IMG/VR virus record: IMGVR_UViG_3300042485_001470
Span: 1 to 64,000 of that record
Reading direction: 5' to 3' (one strand)
From: a virus
Length of the DNA stretch: 64,000 nt
Below the pieces are notes generated by a model, which did no database searches, had not been told where the DNA came from, and was given only the letters and a program-made list of their open reading frames with translations. Below, in pieces: positions 30,650 through 41,478 of this stretch (its first letter is position 1; the number at the start of each line of letters is the position of its first letter). The position numbers and the translations under genes are program-made.

Positions 30650-31552
30650 ATGAGTATAGCAAGAAAATTAATACCATCGGATTCAGCAGAAGTGTTTCCA
30701 TTTGTATTTAGAATCCAAACAACAACAGCAAATACAGTATTTACTGTACCTTTGGTTGATTTTGGATTACTAAAACCAAATCTTACGATAAGTTGGGGTG
30801 ATGGTACATCATCTCCTTTGATAACATCATCATCTTCTACCGATAGAATCAAAACATACACAACACCGGGTACATATACTATTACTATTAGTGGATTTAT
30901 GCCAGGATTTTCGGTAAATAATAATATTAATATTAGAAATCTTATTATCGAATTAGTACAATGGGGAATTGTTGGATTAAGAACTATAAATTTTTATGGT
31001 TGTCAAAATTTAACATCTATTCCTGGTAGTGCAACTCTTGATGATGTTGGTGGATATACTGGATTAGCAGAAGTTGTAAATTTCAACTCATTTTTTCAAG
31101 CAACTAGATTAGCAAATATACCAGCTGACCTTTTTGATTATTCACCAAATGCTACAACGTTTTCAAATACATTCGCATCGATATTAACATTGACAAGCGT
31201 ACCAACTGGATTATTTGATAACGTACCTTCTGCAACTACATTTGCATCTTGTTTCTTTGCATGCACCGCACTTACTTCAGTACCATCAACATTGTTTGAC
31301 CAAAATATAAACGCATCAAACTTTTCTGGTACTTTTAGAAATTGTAGAGCACTTACAAATGTATTACAATTTACAAATAATGTAAACGCATTGATTTTTA
31401 ATAACTGCTATAATATGAGTTCTACAACAAATGCACTTACAGGCACAGCACCTGAATTATGGAATAGAACCCCAACACCTTCTGGAACTGATTGTTTTAA
31501 TAATTGTGTTAATTTAACAAATTTCGCAACAATACCTGCAAACTTTAAGTAA
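30650..31552 (+). CDS. Putative receptor-binding/adhesin protein: PKD-like N-terminus plus BspA/DUF285-like leucine-rich repeats
   Basis: ISWGDGT...TYTTPGTYTITISG; repeats L..(I/V)P..LFD....ATTF...F. Confidence 0.65.
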   Translation: MSIARKLIPSDSAEVFPFVFRIQTTTANTVFTVPLVDFGLLKPNLTISWGDGTSSPLITSSSSTDRIKTYTTPGTYTITISGFMPGFSVNNNINIRNLIIELVQWGIVGLRTINFYGCQNLTSIPGSATLDDVGGYTGLAEVVNFNSFFQATRLANIPADLFDYSPNATTFSNTFASILTLTSVPTGLFDNVPSATTFASCFFACTALTSVPSTLFDQNINASNFSGTFRNCRALTNVLQFTNNVNALIFNNCYNMSSTTNALTGTAPELWNRTPTPSGTDCFNNCVNLTNFATIPANFK

Positions 31553-31553
31553 T

Positions 31554-31997
31554 ATGTATTTAAGAATTATAGATGAAACGATAAATTATCCTTATACTAT
31601 TAAGGAATTGAGAGAAGCCTATCCTAATGTAAGTTTACCTGCTGAATTATCGGATGAAATGTTGGCAGATTGGGATGTGTATGTGGTTACTCCAACTACA
31701 ATGCCAAATGATTATACAAAAAATATTACCGAAGGAACTCCTGTTTTGACGGATGGTGTATATTATCAAAATTGGATTCAAATAAATGCAACCGAATCTG
31801 AAATAAATTATAGATTAGAAAACCAATGGGAAGAAGTAAGAATAATTAGAAATGAATTACTTAAAGAATCTGATTGGACTCAATTAAATGATATTTCTCA
31901 AACAATAAAAGATTTGTGGAGTACTTATAGACAAGAATTGAGAGATGTAACGAATCAGCAAAATCCGTTTAATATAGAATGGCCTGTAAAACCCTAA
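31554..31997 (+). CDS. Tail fibre assembly chaperone
   Basis: WEEVRIIRNELLKESDWTQL.D...W.TYRQELRDV...IEWPVKP C-terminal motif. Confidence 0.85.
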   Translation: MYLRIIDETINYPYTIKELREAYPNVSLPAELSDEMLADWDVYVVTPTTMPNDYTKNITEGTPVLTDGVYYQNWIQINATESEINYRLENQWEEVRIIRNELLKESDWTQLNDISQTIKDLWSTYRQELRDVTNQQNPFNIEWPVKP

Positions 31998-32013
31998 AAG
32001 ATATGGAAGTTTA

Positions 32014-32021
32014 TATTTATA
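32014..32021 (+). promoter_or_regulatory. Putative late-promoter motif TATTTATA
   Basis: 25 nt upstream of ATG 32047. Confidence 0.6.
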
Positions 32022-32046
32022 CCTATAACAAAATAGTTAAGGTAAA

Positions 32047-32328
32047 ATGGTAATACACAATCCTATATTTTCGGGTTCTATAATTCAAGATAGAAATAAT
32101 GCTTTTGCGGATTTAAGTGGTTCGTTTACTGGTTCTTTAACTGGTTCATTTAAAGGTACAATTGATGTTCAACAAGCATCATTTGCAAATTTAAGTATAA
32201 CTAATAAATTATCGGTAAGTGGTTCTTTAATAATGACCGGTTCTATGAATTTGAATGCCGGTGGATATTTAGTAGATGGGGTGAATGTATTAGATTCAGC
32301 TATCGCATTTGCAATAGCGTTGGGATAA
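32047..32328 (+). CDS. Small fibre-associated virion protein
   Basis: SGSFTGSLTGSF motif shared with the 19359 N-terminus; C-terminal AIAFAIALG. Confidence 0.6.
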   Translation: MVIHNPIFSGSIIQDRNNAFADLSGSFTGSLTGSFKGTIDVQQASFANLSITNKLSVSGSLIMTGSMNLNAGGYLVDGVNVLDSAIAFAIALG

Positions 32329-32342
32329 AAAAATAAAAAAAA

Positions 32343-32675
32343 ATGGCAAACGCATTTAAAAATAGTATAGCAAGTTCAATTGGAACAACTGGTGTGCCGG
32401 TTTACACAACACCAGCAAATACATCAACAACGGTAATTGGTGTTGGTGTGGCAAACGTAAATACAAACAATATTTCGGTTAGTGTAATGGTGAGAGATGT
32501 ATCTGCAAATAAAGTTGCATACGTTGTTAAAGATGCGTTGATAGTGCCTGGTAGTTCTAATGTGTTGGTTGGTGGTGAACAAAAGTTAGTTTTAGAAAGT
32601 GGAGATTTTCTTTCGGTAACATCATCATTAGCTAATTCGGCAGATGTAATTGTTTCGGTATTGGAGATAACATAA
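32343..32675 (+). CDS. Small conserved fibre-associated beta protein
   Basis: VYTTPANTSTTVIG..VAN...KLVLESGD.L.V...ADVIVSVLEIT. Confidence 0.65.
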   Translation: MANAFKNSIASSIGTTGVPVYTTPANTSTTVIGVGVANVNTNNISVSVMVRDVSANKVAYVVKDALIVPGSSNVLVGGEQKLVLESGDFLSVTSSLANSADVIVSVLEIT

Positions 32676-32687
32676 AAGTTTTAATGA

Positions 32688-35600
32688 ATGGAATATTTGG
32701 GTAAAAGTCCTAATGGGTTAAATCAACTAAGTTCATCCTTAGTTGGTTTGTTTGTAAGTGGTAGTAATATAGCACAATTTTCATCAGCATCAGTAAATGT
32801 TGTTGGTAGTGTTACTGCTTCTGGAATACAAGCATACGAAATAGATTCTTTTGGAAACTTACCATTGGAAATAAAATCTAATACTCAAATAACTGGGTCT
32901 TTAGCTGTATCATCTTCAATAACCGCATCTTTATTTAGAGGTGATGGTGCCGGATTGTTTAATATATCAGCCACATCTATTGGTGATATTGATAAAATAA
33001 AATCAGGTTCAGCAACTGCAATAATTTCACCAAATAAAGGGTTGGTAGTAAATGTACCAACTTCAATTGATGGTGTATTGGCAGTAAACGGAAATTCAAA
33101 CATAACTGGTTCAGTTGTAATAAGCCAAAACTTAAATGTGGCTGGAAAAATTACAACAACTGAATTACATACAACATTTATATCATCTTCAGTAATATTC
33201 TCATCTGGTTCAAATAAATTTGGTGACAACGTTATTGATAGACAAGAAATAACTGGTTCTTTAAACGTAAGTGGTTCTATATTTGTAGGCGGAAATACAA
33301 TACCAACCGATAATACAACAAATGAGGTGTTGGTGTTGAATACTACAACTGGTAGAATTAGTAGAAGATTTGCAGCAGCAACTTCTGGTACATCAGGAAC
33401 TTCTGGCACATCAGGAACTTCTGGAACATCAGGAACTTCTGGAACATCAGGAACTTCTGGCACATCGGGAACTTCTGGAACAAGCGGAACTTCTGGTACA
33501 TCAGGAACTTCTGGTACATCAGGAACTTCTGGTACATCGGGAACTTCTGGTACATCGGGAACTTCTGGAACATCAGGAACTTCTGGTACAAGTGGAACAT
33601 CGGGTTCTTCTGGTACTCGTGGAACAAGCGGAACTTCTGGAACATCAGGAACTTCTGGCACATCGGGAACTTCTGGTACAAGTGGTACATCTGGTTCTAG
33701 TGGAACAAGCGGAGCTAGTGGTAGTAGTGGTAGTAGTGGAACATCTGGAACTTCTGGCACAAGCGGTACATCTGGAACTTCGGGTATAAGTGGTAGTAGT
33801 GGAACGAGTGGAAGTAGTGGAACAAGTGGTTCTTCTGGAAGTAGTGGAACGAGTGGAAGTAGTGGAACAAGTGGTTCATCGGGAACTTCTGGTATAAGTG
33901 GTACATCAGGAACTTCTGGTATAAGTGGTACATCAGGAACTTCTGGTACATCGGGAATAAGTGGAAGTGCTGGTACGTCTGGTACAAGTGGTATAAGTGG
34001 TACATCGGGAACTTCTGGTACATCAGGAACAAGTGGAACATCGGGAACTTCTGGATTAACTGGAGCCGGTGGTGGTACTGGAAGTTCTGGTTCAAGTGGT
34101 TCTTCTGGAACTTCAGGAACATCTGGAACAAGCGGAACATCAGGAACTTCTGGGACTAGTGGTATAGGTGGAGCAAGTGGTACTAGCGGAACATCAGGAA
34201 CTTCTGGGACTAGTGGTACATCGGGTATAAATGGAAGTAGTGGAACATCCGGTACACGTGGAACTTCTGGTACAAGCGGAGCTAGTGGAACTGGTGGTAC
34301 TTCTGGTACATCAGGAACTTCTGGGACTAGTGGTACATCTGGTACATCGGGTACTTCTGGTACTTCTGGTACTTCTGGTTCACGTGGAACTTCTGGAACA
34401 AGTGGAGCCAGCGGAAGTGCAGGTTCATCGGGAACTTCTGGAACAAGTGGCACATCCGGAACTTCGGGTATAAGTGGTTCATCGGGAACTTCTGGTACAT
34501 CAGGAACTTCTGGTACATCAGGAACTTCTGGTAGTCGTGGTACAAGCGGAACTTCTGGCACAAGTGGAGTAAGTGGAAGTGCCGGTACAAGTGGTACTTC
34601 TGGTACAAGCGGAACATCGGGAACATCTGGAACATCGGGAACTTCTGGAACATCTGGAACTTCTGGAACATCTGGAACTTCTGGAACATCGGGAACTTCT
34701 GGAACATCAGGAGTAAGTGGTTCATCAGGAACTTCTGGTACAAGTGGAACATCGGGAACTTCTGGAACAAGCGGTACGTCTGGAACATCAGGAACTTCTG
34801 GAACAAGTGGTGTAAGTGGTTCATCGGGAACTTCTGGTACATCGGGAACAAGCGGTACATCAGGAACAAGCGGTACATCAGGAACAAGAGGAACTTCTGG
34901 TACAAGCGGAACTTCTGGTACGAGCGGAACATCCGGTACATCAGGAACATCTGGAACAAGTGGTTCATCTGGAACGCGTGGGACTTCTGGAACTTCTGGA
35001 ACTTCTGGTACATCAGGAACTTCTGGAACAAGCGGAAGTAGTGGTTCATCTGGATTACTATCATTAACTGGTACAACTGATAATGGTGTAATCACATTAA
35101 ATGGAACTGCACCAAACGCAACTGTTGAAGCAAACTTAAAATTCGATGGTAGTACATTGACAGTAACGGGGGATGCTACAATTAGTGGTAACTTAACTGT
35201 AAGTGGTACAACAACTACAATTAATACCGAAACAATCCTATTAGCGGATAATATTATAACTCTTAACTCAAACTTCACATCTGGAGCACCAACTGAAAAT
35301 GCTGGTATCGAAGTTAGGAGAGGTTCATCTGCAACTGTACAATTTTATTGGGATGAAACCAATGATAGATGGTATGCAGATAATACATTACAGGTTGTAG
35401 GCAACGTAATCCTTAGTGGTACAATAGATACTGGACAGGGAGCAACGGAAGTTCATTTAATGAATCAGAATCTTCGTACAACTGATAACGTAACACATGC
35501 TACAATTACAGCAACAAATGGTGTAAGTGTAACTGGTGGAAACCTTTCAGTAAGTGCTGGTAATATAACTATAAGTGGTACAATAGATACTGGACAAGGT

Positions 35601-38600
35601 GCAACCGAAGTTCATTTAATGAACCAAAACGTTAGAACTTCTGATAACGTACAATTTGCAACAGTAAACGCATCTAATTTTAGAGATGGTAATGGTGCAT
35701 TCAACGTAAACTTAGGTAGTGGTGGTTCTGAAGGTAGAGGTTTAGTTGCTGGATATAGTGGTGGATGGTATGGTGGTATCGGGTATAACGTAAGACATAC
35801 AGGTACATCTGGTACTTTAATAGCACCATTAACCGATACGGCAACATATCTTAATTTTAGTCAAGGATTTACTTTCTATAATGACCAAACAACTACTGCT
35901 GGTAGAACTATTGGTTGGACTCAAATCGGTAGATTAGATAGTGCAGGTACATTTACAATTCCTGGTAACTTAGTTGCGGCACAGGTAAATACTGGACAAG
36001 GTTTAACTGAAGTTCATTTAATGAACCAAAATGTTAGAACAACTGATAGTGTAACATTTGCTAATATAAGTGCTGCTAATACAACTGTTAATAATTTAAT
36101 TTTACCACAAAATCCGGTAGGAACAACTTATGGAAATGGTGTATCAACAACACCACCATATATGATTTCCCAAACCGTTGGTGATAATGATGGTTGGCGA
36201 ATTTTTGGTGAAACATCTACAACAAATGCCGTAAGAATGGTATTTGAATTGATTGATGATATTGAAACTGCATTTACTGACCAATGGGCGTTTAGAAATA
36301 AATTAACATACGGTGGTTATACTGCAAGAAATGAATTCCAAATATCAGGAGATGGAGATGCATTAGCTCGTACATCGATGAGGGCTCCAATTTTTTATGA
36401 TAGTGATAATACTGGATATTATGGTAATTTTGCAGCAACATCCGAATTAAATGCCGCAAATCTATATGGAACTTGGGCTTGGAGAAATGGAGCACAACAA
36501 AACTTCTACACATCAGCTGGAAATTTAAGAGGATATATTCAGGCAACTGATACCGATGATGCACACTTCATTATAGCTACATCCGGTGGTGAAGATATAT
36601 CATTTAGAGATGGTGGACTGGCGGGATCTGTGAATATGGTAATTAGAGGAAATGGTACGGTTCAGGCATACGATGATTTCAGAGCACCAATATTCTATGA
36701 TTCGGCAGATACAACATATAGAATTGATGCAAATGGCACATCTGTTGTTGATATAATGGAATTTGGTGGTGATATATCAACTAACACTTCAAATGGTTCT
36801 AAAATGTTTGGTATGTTTATACCGGATGGTAAATATCAAACTCGTAATTGGCATGCTGGTGATGGTGGATATGTTTGGGGTGGAATGCAATATAGAACAG
36901 GATTATCGGATTCTCCAATTGGTTCATACGCACATAGCGGAAACTTTGCCGCTTGGGCAGGATGGAGACAAAACGGATGGGTGCCAATTGATAGAACAAA
37001 AACATATAAAGTTTCTGCTTGGATAAGAACAACATCTGGTAATCCATATTGCTATCTTTCATTTACGCAAGCTGGATTTGATTATTCTCAACCTGATAAT
37101 GGTGGTTGGGGACAACCTTATTATTGGAGTGGTGTGGCACCATCTTCTTGGACAGAATACACAATGACTATTGGACCTGCTGGGTCTGGAGCTCAATATA
37201 CTTGGTATTCATACGCAAGATTCATGCAGTTAGGCTTCCTACATAACTATTTGTATAGTGGATATAGTGGAAATGCGGAATTTGTAGGATTTAAAATTGA
37301 AGAAGTTGATAATACATTAGCTAATAATACTGTTGTATTAGGACCTATTTACGCAACTCAATTTATTGATAATAATGATGGTAGTTTCTTAGTTGACCCT
37401 AATGGTACTTCTAGACTTAGTGTTTTAACACTAACATCTACATTCAATTTACCAAACAACGCATTAGTATCAGTAAATAATGAGCCGGATACTTGGGGTG
37501 CTAGATTTAGAACAACAACATCTACATCAAACTTAGGTTCGGCACTTAAAAATATTATTTGGACAGGTGGGGGTAGTTCCGAAGGTTTTGCAGTTTCTGG
37601 AGTAGGAACTGGTGGATATGCATTAGAAGTAAGAAATGATGGTATAGCTTGGGCTAGGAGTTCATTTAGAGCACCTGAAATTTACGCTGACCGTTTTTAT
37701 GATGATGATGGAACATTTGCATTTAGATTTGCACCAAATACTGGTGTATCTAGAGCGATAAACTTGGCAAGTAGTACATCAGACCCATCAAGTGTTGGTT
37801 CAGCATCTGGTATCACATCTGGACAAAGAAGTGATGGACAACCATACTATATGCTTTATGTACCATCTGCTTATAACAATGGATATAGTACACATACTCG
37901 TTTAAGATTAAATTGGCATACTGGTGTTGAAATAGGAGCTGACCCATCGTATGGTGGTACTAGATTCTTTAACGGAAACTTACCAATTTACGGAAGTGAA
38001 ATAATGTCAATCGGTGCTGGTGATTCTAATATAAGAATTACAAACACTTTATTTGTTCCGTATATTGCAGATAGAGACAATACGGCATTCTATCTAAACC
38101 CTGCTGATACGGGAAATTCTATTAATATAGCAGGTTCATTACGAGCAGCTAATTATAATAAACCGGCTATTATGTCTGTGTCAAGCGGAACATCTTCAGC
38201 TGGGGCATCATTTGGAATTCAACAAGAAACGGCTGAAGGTTGGACAGGTATATTTGTAGATTATGAACCATATACTGGATGGGGATTCTACCATGATAAT
38301 CCAAACAACCTATTTTCGTTTACTTCTGAAGGTTCAACTGGGCAAATTCGTTCATTTACTGTACCATCGAGAGTAAGTGGTAATAGAACGGCTTATGAGA
38401 AACTTAGAATTGACCAAAATAATGGTGATATAATTGTTGGTAGAGATGGTTATGCACAATCATCATTTAGAGCACCAATATTCTATGATAGTAACAACAC
38501 AACATATTATATAGACCCTAATAGTAACTCTGTTATAAGAGGTAGATTGGATGTTCAGGCTGGACATGGTAATACAAATATAAGATTAACTGCAATAGGT

Positions 38601-41000
38601 GGGGAGATGGGTTCTGGTGTACAATCTACTATGCAGTGGTGGGTATCTGAACCGGGTGTAACTTGGAACGATGGTGGTTTTGGATATAACGTACAAAACG
38701 ATGGTGGTTCTCCTTCTGGATTTGGTAGATTGAATACGGGATTAGGACAGGCTTACATGAGATTCAGTACAGCTGGGCATTTATATTTTTATAACACAAA
38801 TACTTCTGGTACTAGATATTCTACTATGGATATGTATGCTAGTAATTACATATATGTTCATAACTATTTAGAAGCAGGTAGTTCATTAAGAGCACCAATA
38901 TTCTACGATAGTAATAATACTGGATTTTATACTGACCAAGCATCTACATCTCGATACAATGAGATAAGAGCTAACAAAATGCGTGCTGATACCAATGGTG
39001 CTATGAGTGATGACCAGGGTTGGTGGACGCATGACCCGTATGGATATGGGTGGGGTAAACCACATGGTTCATTCCGTACATTGGAGGTATCTACATCTGG
39101 TAATTTCAGTACTGAACCAATGTTGTTCCGTATGCACCAGTGGGGTTCTGGAGCAGCAGAATTCTGGAAACCACAAGGTCTTACTCTTTTCTTGAGAGAA
39201 ACTCCAATTGGTGGTAATATTAAGCACAGTAACTGGTTTACTCGTTTTTATGTACAAAGATACATTGAAACGGATGAATCAATGAGAGCGCCAATTTTCT
39301 ACGATAGTGATAATACTGGATATTATGTAGACCCTACCGGCGAAACAAACTGGCAAGGATTAACTTTATATGCAAAAAATAGAATTGGTTTAGCCGCTAA
39401 GGAGCAGTATAGAAGAAGTGATTACACTGGTGATACTAACCACTGGACTGGTGCTAGAGGATGGGGTACTACTTCATTCAATGACCAAATGAACTGGGGT
39501 TCTGGTTGGGGTGATTCTTGGGGTAGTATTGGACAATCTCCTGGCGATACTTCTCATTATTTAACGGCACAAGTATATCACTATTCTTATTCTGGAGTTG
39601 GATATGGGTGGCAATTAACTGGTGGTGTTACTGATTCATTGTGGTGGAGACATAGCTGGCCATCTAATAGCGGTTGGTTCAAAATCGCAATGTATGATAA
39701 TAATGCATCAGCGGGTGGTGCGTTATGGGCAGGTATATTTTATGATTCAAATGATAGTGGATATTATTTAGACCCAAATACTACATCAAATGCTGCATTA
39801 AGAATTAGAGGTGGTACATTACATGGACCTAACCCAAGTTGGGGAAAATATTTAGCAGTTGGTACAAACGGACATTGGACCGGTGGTTATGCTAGTGTTG
39901 CTGTAACCAATGGTAACCTTCACTTAGATTCTGAAGGTGGGTATGGTATGTACCTACAATGGTATGTTGGTGGTAGCACCTATGTAAATGGTGATATACG
40001 TGCAAACATATTCTATGATTTGCAAAACACCTCATATTATTGTGACCCTACTGGATATTCTCAATTTAGTAGTGGTGAGTTTAACAACTATATGAGAGCA
40101 GCTCGTATAGACTTCATTGGTACGGGTGGTAACTCTGGACAAGGTACAAATGCATACTCTATCTTCCAAGAAGGTGGTGGATGGGGTTATCCTTATCCGG
40201 ATTTAAGAATTGCATACCATACTGGTATCAAATTAGGAGCAAACGGACCTTCTTATGAAGGAACAAGAGTTTACACCGATTATGATATGAGTGATTTAGC
40301 AATCCAATTGTGTGGACCATCAAACTATTCATTTAAGTATAAATGGATGTGGACAAATGATACTGGATATTATTCTAGTGTAAATGGGGCACACTGGTAT
40401 CCAAATAACATCACCTATGGTGCTTGGAGAATGGATGGTAATCGAAATGGTTGGTATGGACACGTAATTGATTCGGCGTATTTACCTCACTATATGTGGG
40501 AGAGTGGTAATGGTGGAATATATTTACAAAATGCCGGAAGATGGGTATTATATCATTCATTGGGAAATAACTGTACCGGATTGGGTACATCAGCAACATC
40601 TGGCGCATACGGTATATATGTAGATAAAGGTGTTTACACTACTGGAAACGTTGTAGCTTACTCCGATAGACGTGCAAAAGAAAATATTGTAACTATTGAT
40701 GATGCATTAAGTAAATTAATGCAATTAAGAGGTGTTTATTACAATAGAATAAAAGATGAAGATAAAGTAAGACAATTGGGTGTAATTGCACAAGAAGTTA
40801 ATGAGATAGTTCCTGAAGTAGTAACTTATGCAGAAGATGTTGATGAATACGGAGTTGCTTATGGTAATTTAGCTGGATTATTTATAGAATCTATAAAAGA
40901 CCAACAAGCAATTATTGATAAACAATCTGAAGAAATAAATTTATTAAAAGATGAATTACAAAAAATTAAAGATTTAATATTTAATACTAATAAAGGATAA
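32688..41000 (+). CDS. Long tail fibre (2770 aa) with Gly-X-X tract, modular RAPIFYD repeats and C-terminal intramolecular chaperone (peptidase S74)
   Basis: YSDRRAKENI..IDDALSKLMQLRGVYY...GVIAQEV..IVPEVV...VAYGNL.GLFIESIK plus terminal coiled coil. Confidence 0.85.
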   Translation: MEYLGKSPNGLNQLSSSLVGLFVSGSNIAQFSSASVNVVGSVTASGIQAYEIDSFGNLPLEIKSNTQITGSLAVSSSITASLFRGDGAGLFNISATSIGDIDKIKSGSATAIISPNKGLVVNVPTSIDGVLAVNGNSNITGSVVISQNLNVAGKITTTELHTTFISSSVIFSSGSNKFGDNVIDRQEITGSLNVSGSIFVGGNTIPTDNTTNEVLVLNTTTGRISRRFAAATSGTSGTSGTSGTSGTSGTSGTSGTSGTSGTSGTSGTSGTSGTSGTSGTSGTSGTSGTSGTSGTSGTSGTSGTSGSSGTRGTSGTSGTSGTSGTSGTSGTSGTSGSSGTSGASGSSGSSGTSGTSGTSGTSGTSGISGSSGTSGSSGTSGSSGSSGTSGSSGTSGSSGTSGISGTSGTSGISGTSGTSGTSGISGSAGTSGTSGISGTSGTSGTSGTSGTSGTSGLTGAGGGTGSSGSSGSSGTSGTSGTSGTSGTSGTSGIGGASGTSGTSGTSGTSGTSGINGSSGTSGTRGTSGTSGASGTGGTSGTSGTSGTSGTSGTSGTSGTSGTSGSRGTSGTSGASGSAGSSGTSGTSGTSGTSGISGSSGTSGTSGTSGTSGTSGSRGTSGTSGTSGVSGSAGTSGTSGTSGTSGTSGTSGTSGTSGTSGTSGTSGTSGTSGTSGVSGSSGTSGTSGTSGTSGTSGTSGTSGTSGTSGVSGSSGTSGTSGTSGTSGTSGTSGTRGTSGTSGTSGTSGTSGTSGTSGTSGSSGTRGTSGTSGTSGTSGTSGTSGSSGSSGLLSLTGTTDNGVITLNGTAPNATVEANLKFDGSTLTVTGDATISGNLTVSGTTTTINTETILLADNIITLNSNFTSGAPTENAGIEVRRGSSATVQFYWDETNDRWYADNTLQVVGNVILSGTIDTGQGATEVHLMNQNLRTTDNVTHATITATNGVSVTGGNLSVSAGNITISGTIDTGQGATEVHLMNQNVRTSDNVQFATVNASNFRDGNGAFNVNLGSGGSEGRGLVAGYSGGWYGGIGYNVRHTGTSGTLIAPLTDTATYLNFSQGFTFYNDQTTTAGRTIGWTQIGRLDSAGTFTIPGNLVAAQVNTGQGLTEVHLMNQNVRTTDSVTFANISAANTTVNNLILPQNPVGTTYGNGVSTTPPYMISQTVGDNDGWRIFGETSTTNAVRMVFELIDDIETAFTDQWAFRNKLTYGGYTARNEFQISGDGDALARTSMRAPIFYDSDNTGYYGNFAATSELNAANLYGTWAWRNGAQQNFYTSAGNLRGYIQATDTDDAHFIIATSGGEDISFRDGGLAGSVNMVIRGNGTVQAYDDFRAPIFYDSADTTYRIDANGTSVVDIMEFGGDISTNTSNGSKMFGMFIPDGKYQTRNWHAGDGGYVWGGMQYRTGLSDSPIGSYAHSGNFAAWAGWRQNGWVPIDRTKTYKVSAWIRTTSGNPYCYLSFTQAGFDYSQPDNGGWGQPYYWSGVAPSSWTEYTMTIGPAGSGAQYTWYSYARFMQLGFLHNYLYSGYSGNAEFVGFKIEEVDNTLANNTVVLGPIYATQFIDNNDGSFLVDPNGTSRLSVLTLTSTFNLPNNALVSVNNEPDTWGARFRTTTSTSNLGSALKNIIWTGGGSSEGFAVSGVGTGGYALEVRNDGIAWARSSFRAPEIYADRFYDDDGTFAFRFAPNTGVSRAINLASSTSDPSSVGSASGITSGQRSDGQPYYMLYVPSAYNNGYSTHTRLRLNWHTGVEIGADPSYGGTRFFNGNLPIYGSEIMSIGAGDSNIRITNTLFVPYIADRDNTAFYLNPADTGNSINIAGSLRAANYNKPAIMSVSSGTSSAGASFGIQQETAEGWTGIFVDYEPYTGWGFYHDNPNNLFSFTSEGSTGQIRSFTVPSRVSGNRTAYEKLRIDQNNGDIIVGRDGYAQSSFRAPIFYDSNNTTYYIDPNSNSVIRGRLDVQAGHGNTNIRLTAIGGEMGSGVQSTMQWWVSEPGVTWNDGGFGYNVQNDGGSPSGFGRLNTGLGQAYMRFSTAGHLYFYNTNTSGTRYSTMDMYASNYIYVHNYLEAGSSLRAPIFYDSNNTGFYTDQASTSRYNEIRANKMRADTNGAMSDDQGWWTHDPYGYGWGKPHGSFRTLEVSTSGNFSTEPMLFRMHQWGSGAAEFWKPQGLTLFLRETPIGGNIKHSNWFTRFYVQRYIETDESMRAPIFYDSDNTGYYVDPTGETNWQGLTLYAKNRIGLAAKEQYRRSDYTGDTNHWTGARGWGTTSFNDQMNWGSGWGDSWGSIGQSPGDTSHYLTAQVYHYSYSGVGYGWQLTGGVTDSLWWRHSWPSNSGWFKIAMYDNNASAGGALWAGIFYDSNDSGYYLDPNTTSNAALRIRGGTLHGPNPSWGKYLAVGTNGHWTGGYASVAVTNGNLHLDSEGGYGMYLQWYVGGSTYVNGDIRANIFYDLQNTSYYCDPTGYSQFSSGEFNNYMRAARIDFIGTGGNSGQGTNAYSIFQEGGGWGYPYPDLRIAYHTGIKLGANGPSYEGTRVYTDYDMSDLAIQLCGPSNYSFKYKWMWTNDTGYYSSVNGAHWYPNNITYGAWRMDGNRNGWYGHVIDSAYLPHYMWESGNGGIYLQNAGRWVLYHSLGNNCTGLGTSATSGAYGIYVDKGVYTTGNVVAYSDRRAKENIVTIDDALSKLMQLRGVYYNRIKDEDKVRQLGVIAQEVNEIVPEVVTYAEDVDEYGVAYGNLAGLFIESIKDQQAIIDKQSEEINLLKDELQKIKDLIFNTNKG
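33383..35055 (+). repeat. (Ser-Gly-Thr)n tract, ~555 aa
   Basis: Direct translation; 18-bp units such as ggaacttctggtacatca. Confidence 0.9.
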
Positions 41001-41003
41001 ATT

Positions 41004-41435
41004 ATGGCACTCTTAAGAGATTACGAACTACCAGGAACTGGATTAATTGCACCAAATGCATATCATGTTGTAACAAATGTAAAGGTTGAAAAACGAATGG
41101 CGGATTTCAAACCACCAGTAGATAATTCAAGACCAGACGGCCTTACTGTAATGAACAGAACTTTAGAAACAGCAGTTCATTGGAAATCTGGATATATTGC
41201 TGAAATAGCAGTAACGATTTGGAAAGATAAAGAGGCAAGAGATACTGACGCAAATCCAATTGGATTTATAGGAAAAAATCCATCTGATAATAAATATGGC
41301 GTAAGTATTGGTACTGATGGTATGGACCATAAATGTGTATTTATTTTAGATGTGCCATCGGAATTAGACCATGTAGCACAAGCATATAGACATCTACTAA
41401 CTACTGATTATTACAGTGGTTCTTTGGAAGTTTAA
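41004..41435 (+). CDS. Hypothetical fibre-associated protein
   Basis: ORF directly after S74 fibre; C-terminal QAYRHLLT. Confidence 0.55.
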   Translation: MALLRDYELPGTGLIAPNAYHVVTNVKVEKRMADFKPPVDNSRPDGLTVMNRTLETAVHWKSGYIAEIAVTIWKDKEARDTDANPIGFIGKNPSDNKYGVSIGTDGMDHKCVFILDVPSELDHVAQAYRHLLTTDYYSGSLEV

Positions 41436-41450
41436 AAAATAAATTACATA

Positions 41451-41458
41451 TATTTATA
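41451..41458 (+). promoter_or_regulatory. Putative late-promoter motif TATTTATA
   Basis: 20 nt upstream of ATG 41479. Confidence 0.6.
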
Positions 41459-41478
41459 GAATATAAAACAAAATTATT

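Noticed and set aside
33383-35055. Possible CRISPR array or non-coding tandem repeat
   Set aside because: 9/18-bp periodicity with synonymous third-position variation and no unique spacers; it is coding
32885-35278. 797-aa minus-strand ORF and nested ORFs
   Set aside because: Same shadow effect from the (SGT)n tract
30650-41000. Diversity-generating retroelement or invertible shufflon acting on fibre genes
   Set aside because: No reverse transcriptase, recombinase, adenine-variant repeat pair or inverted cassette seen in the window
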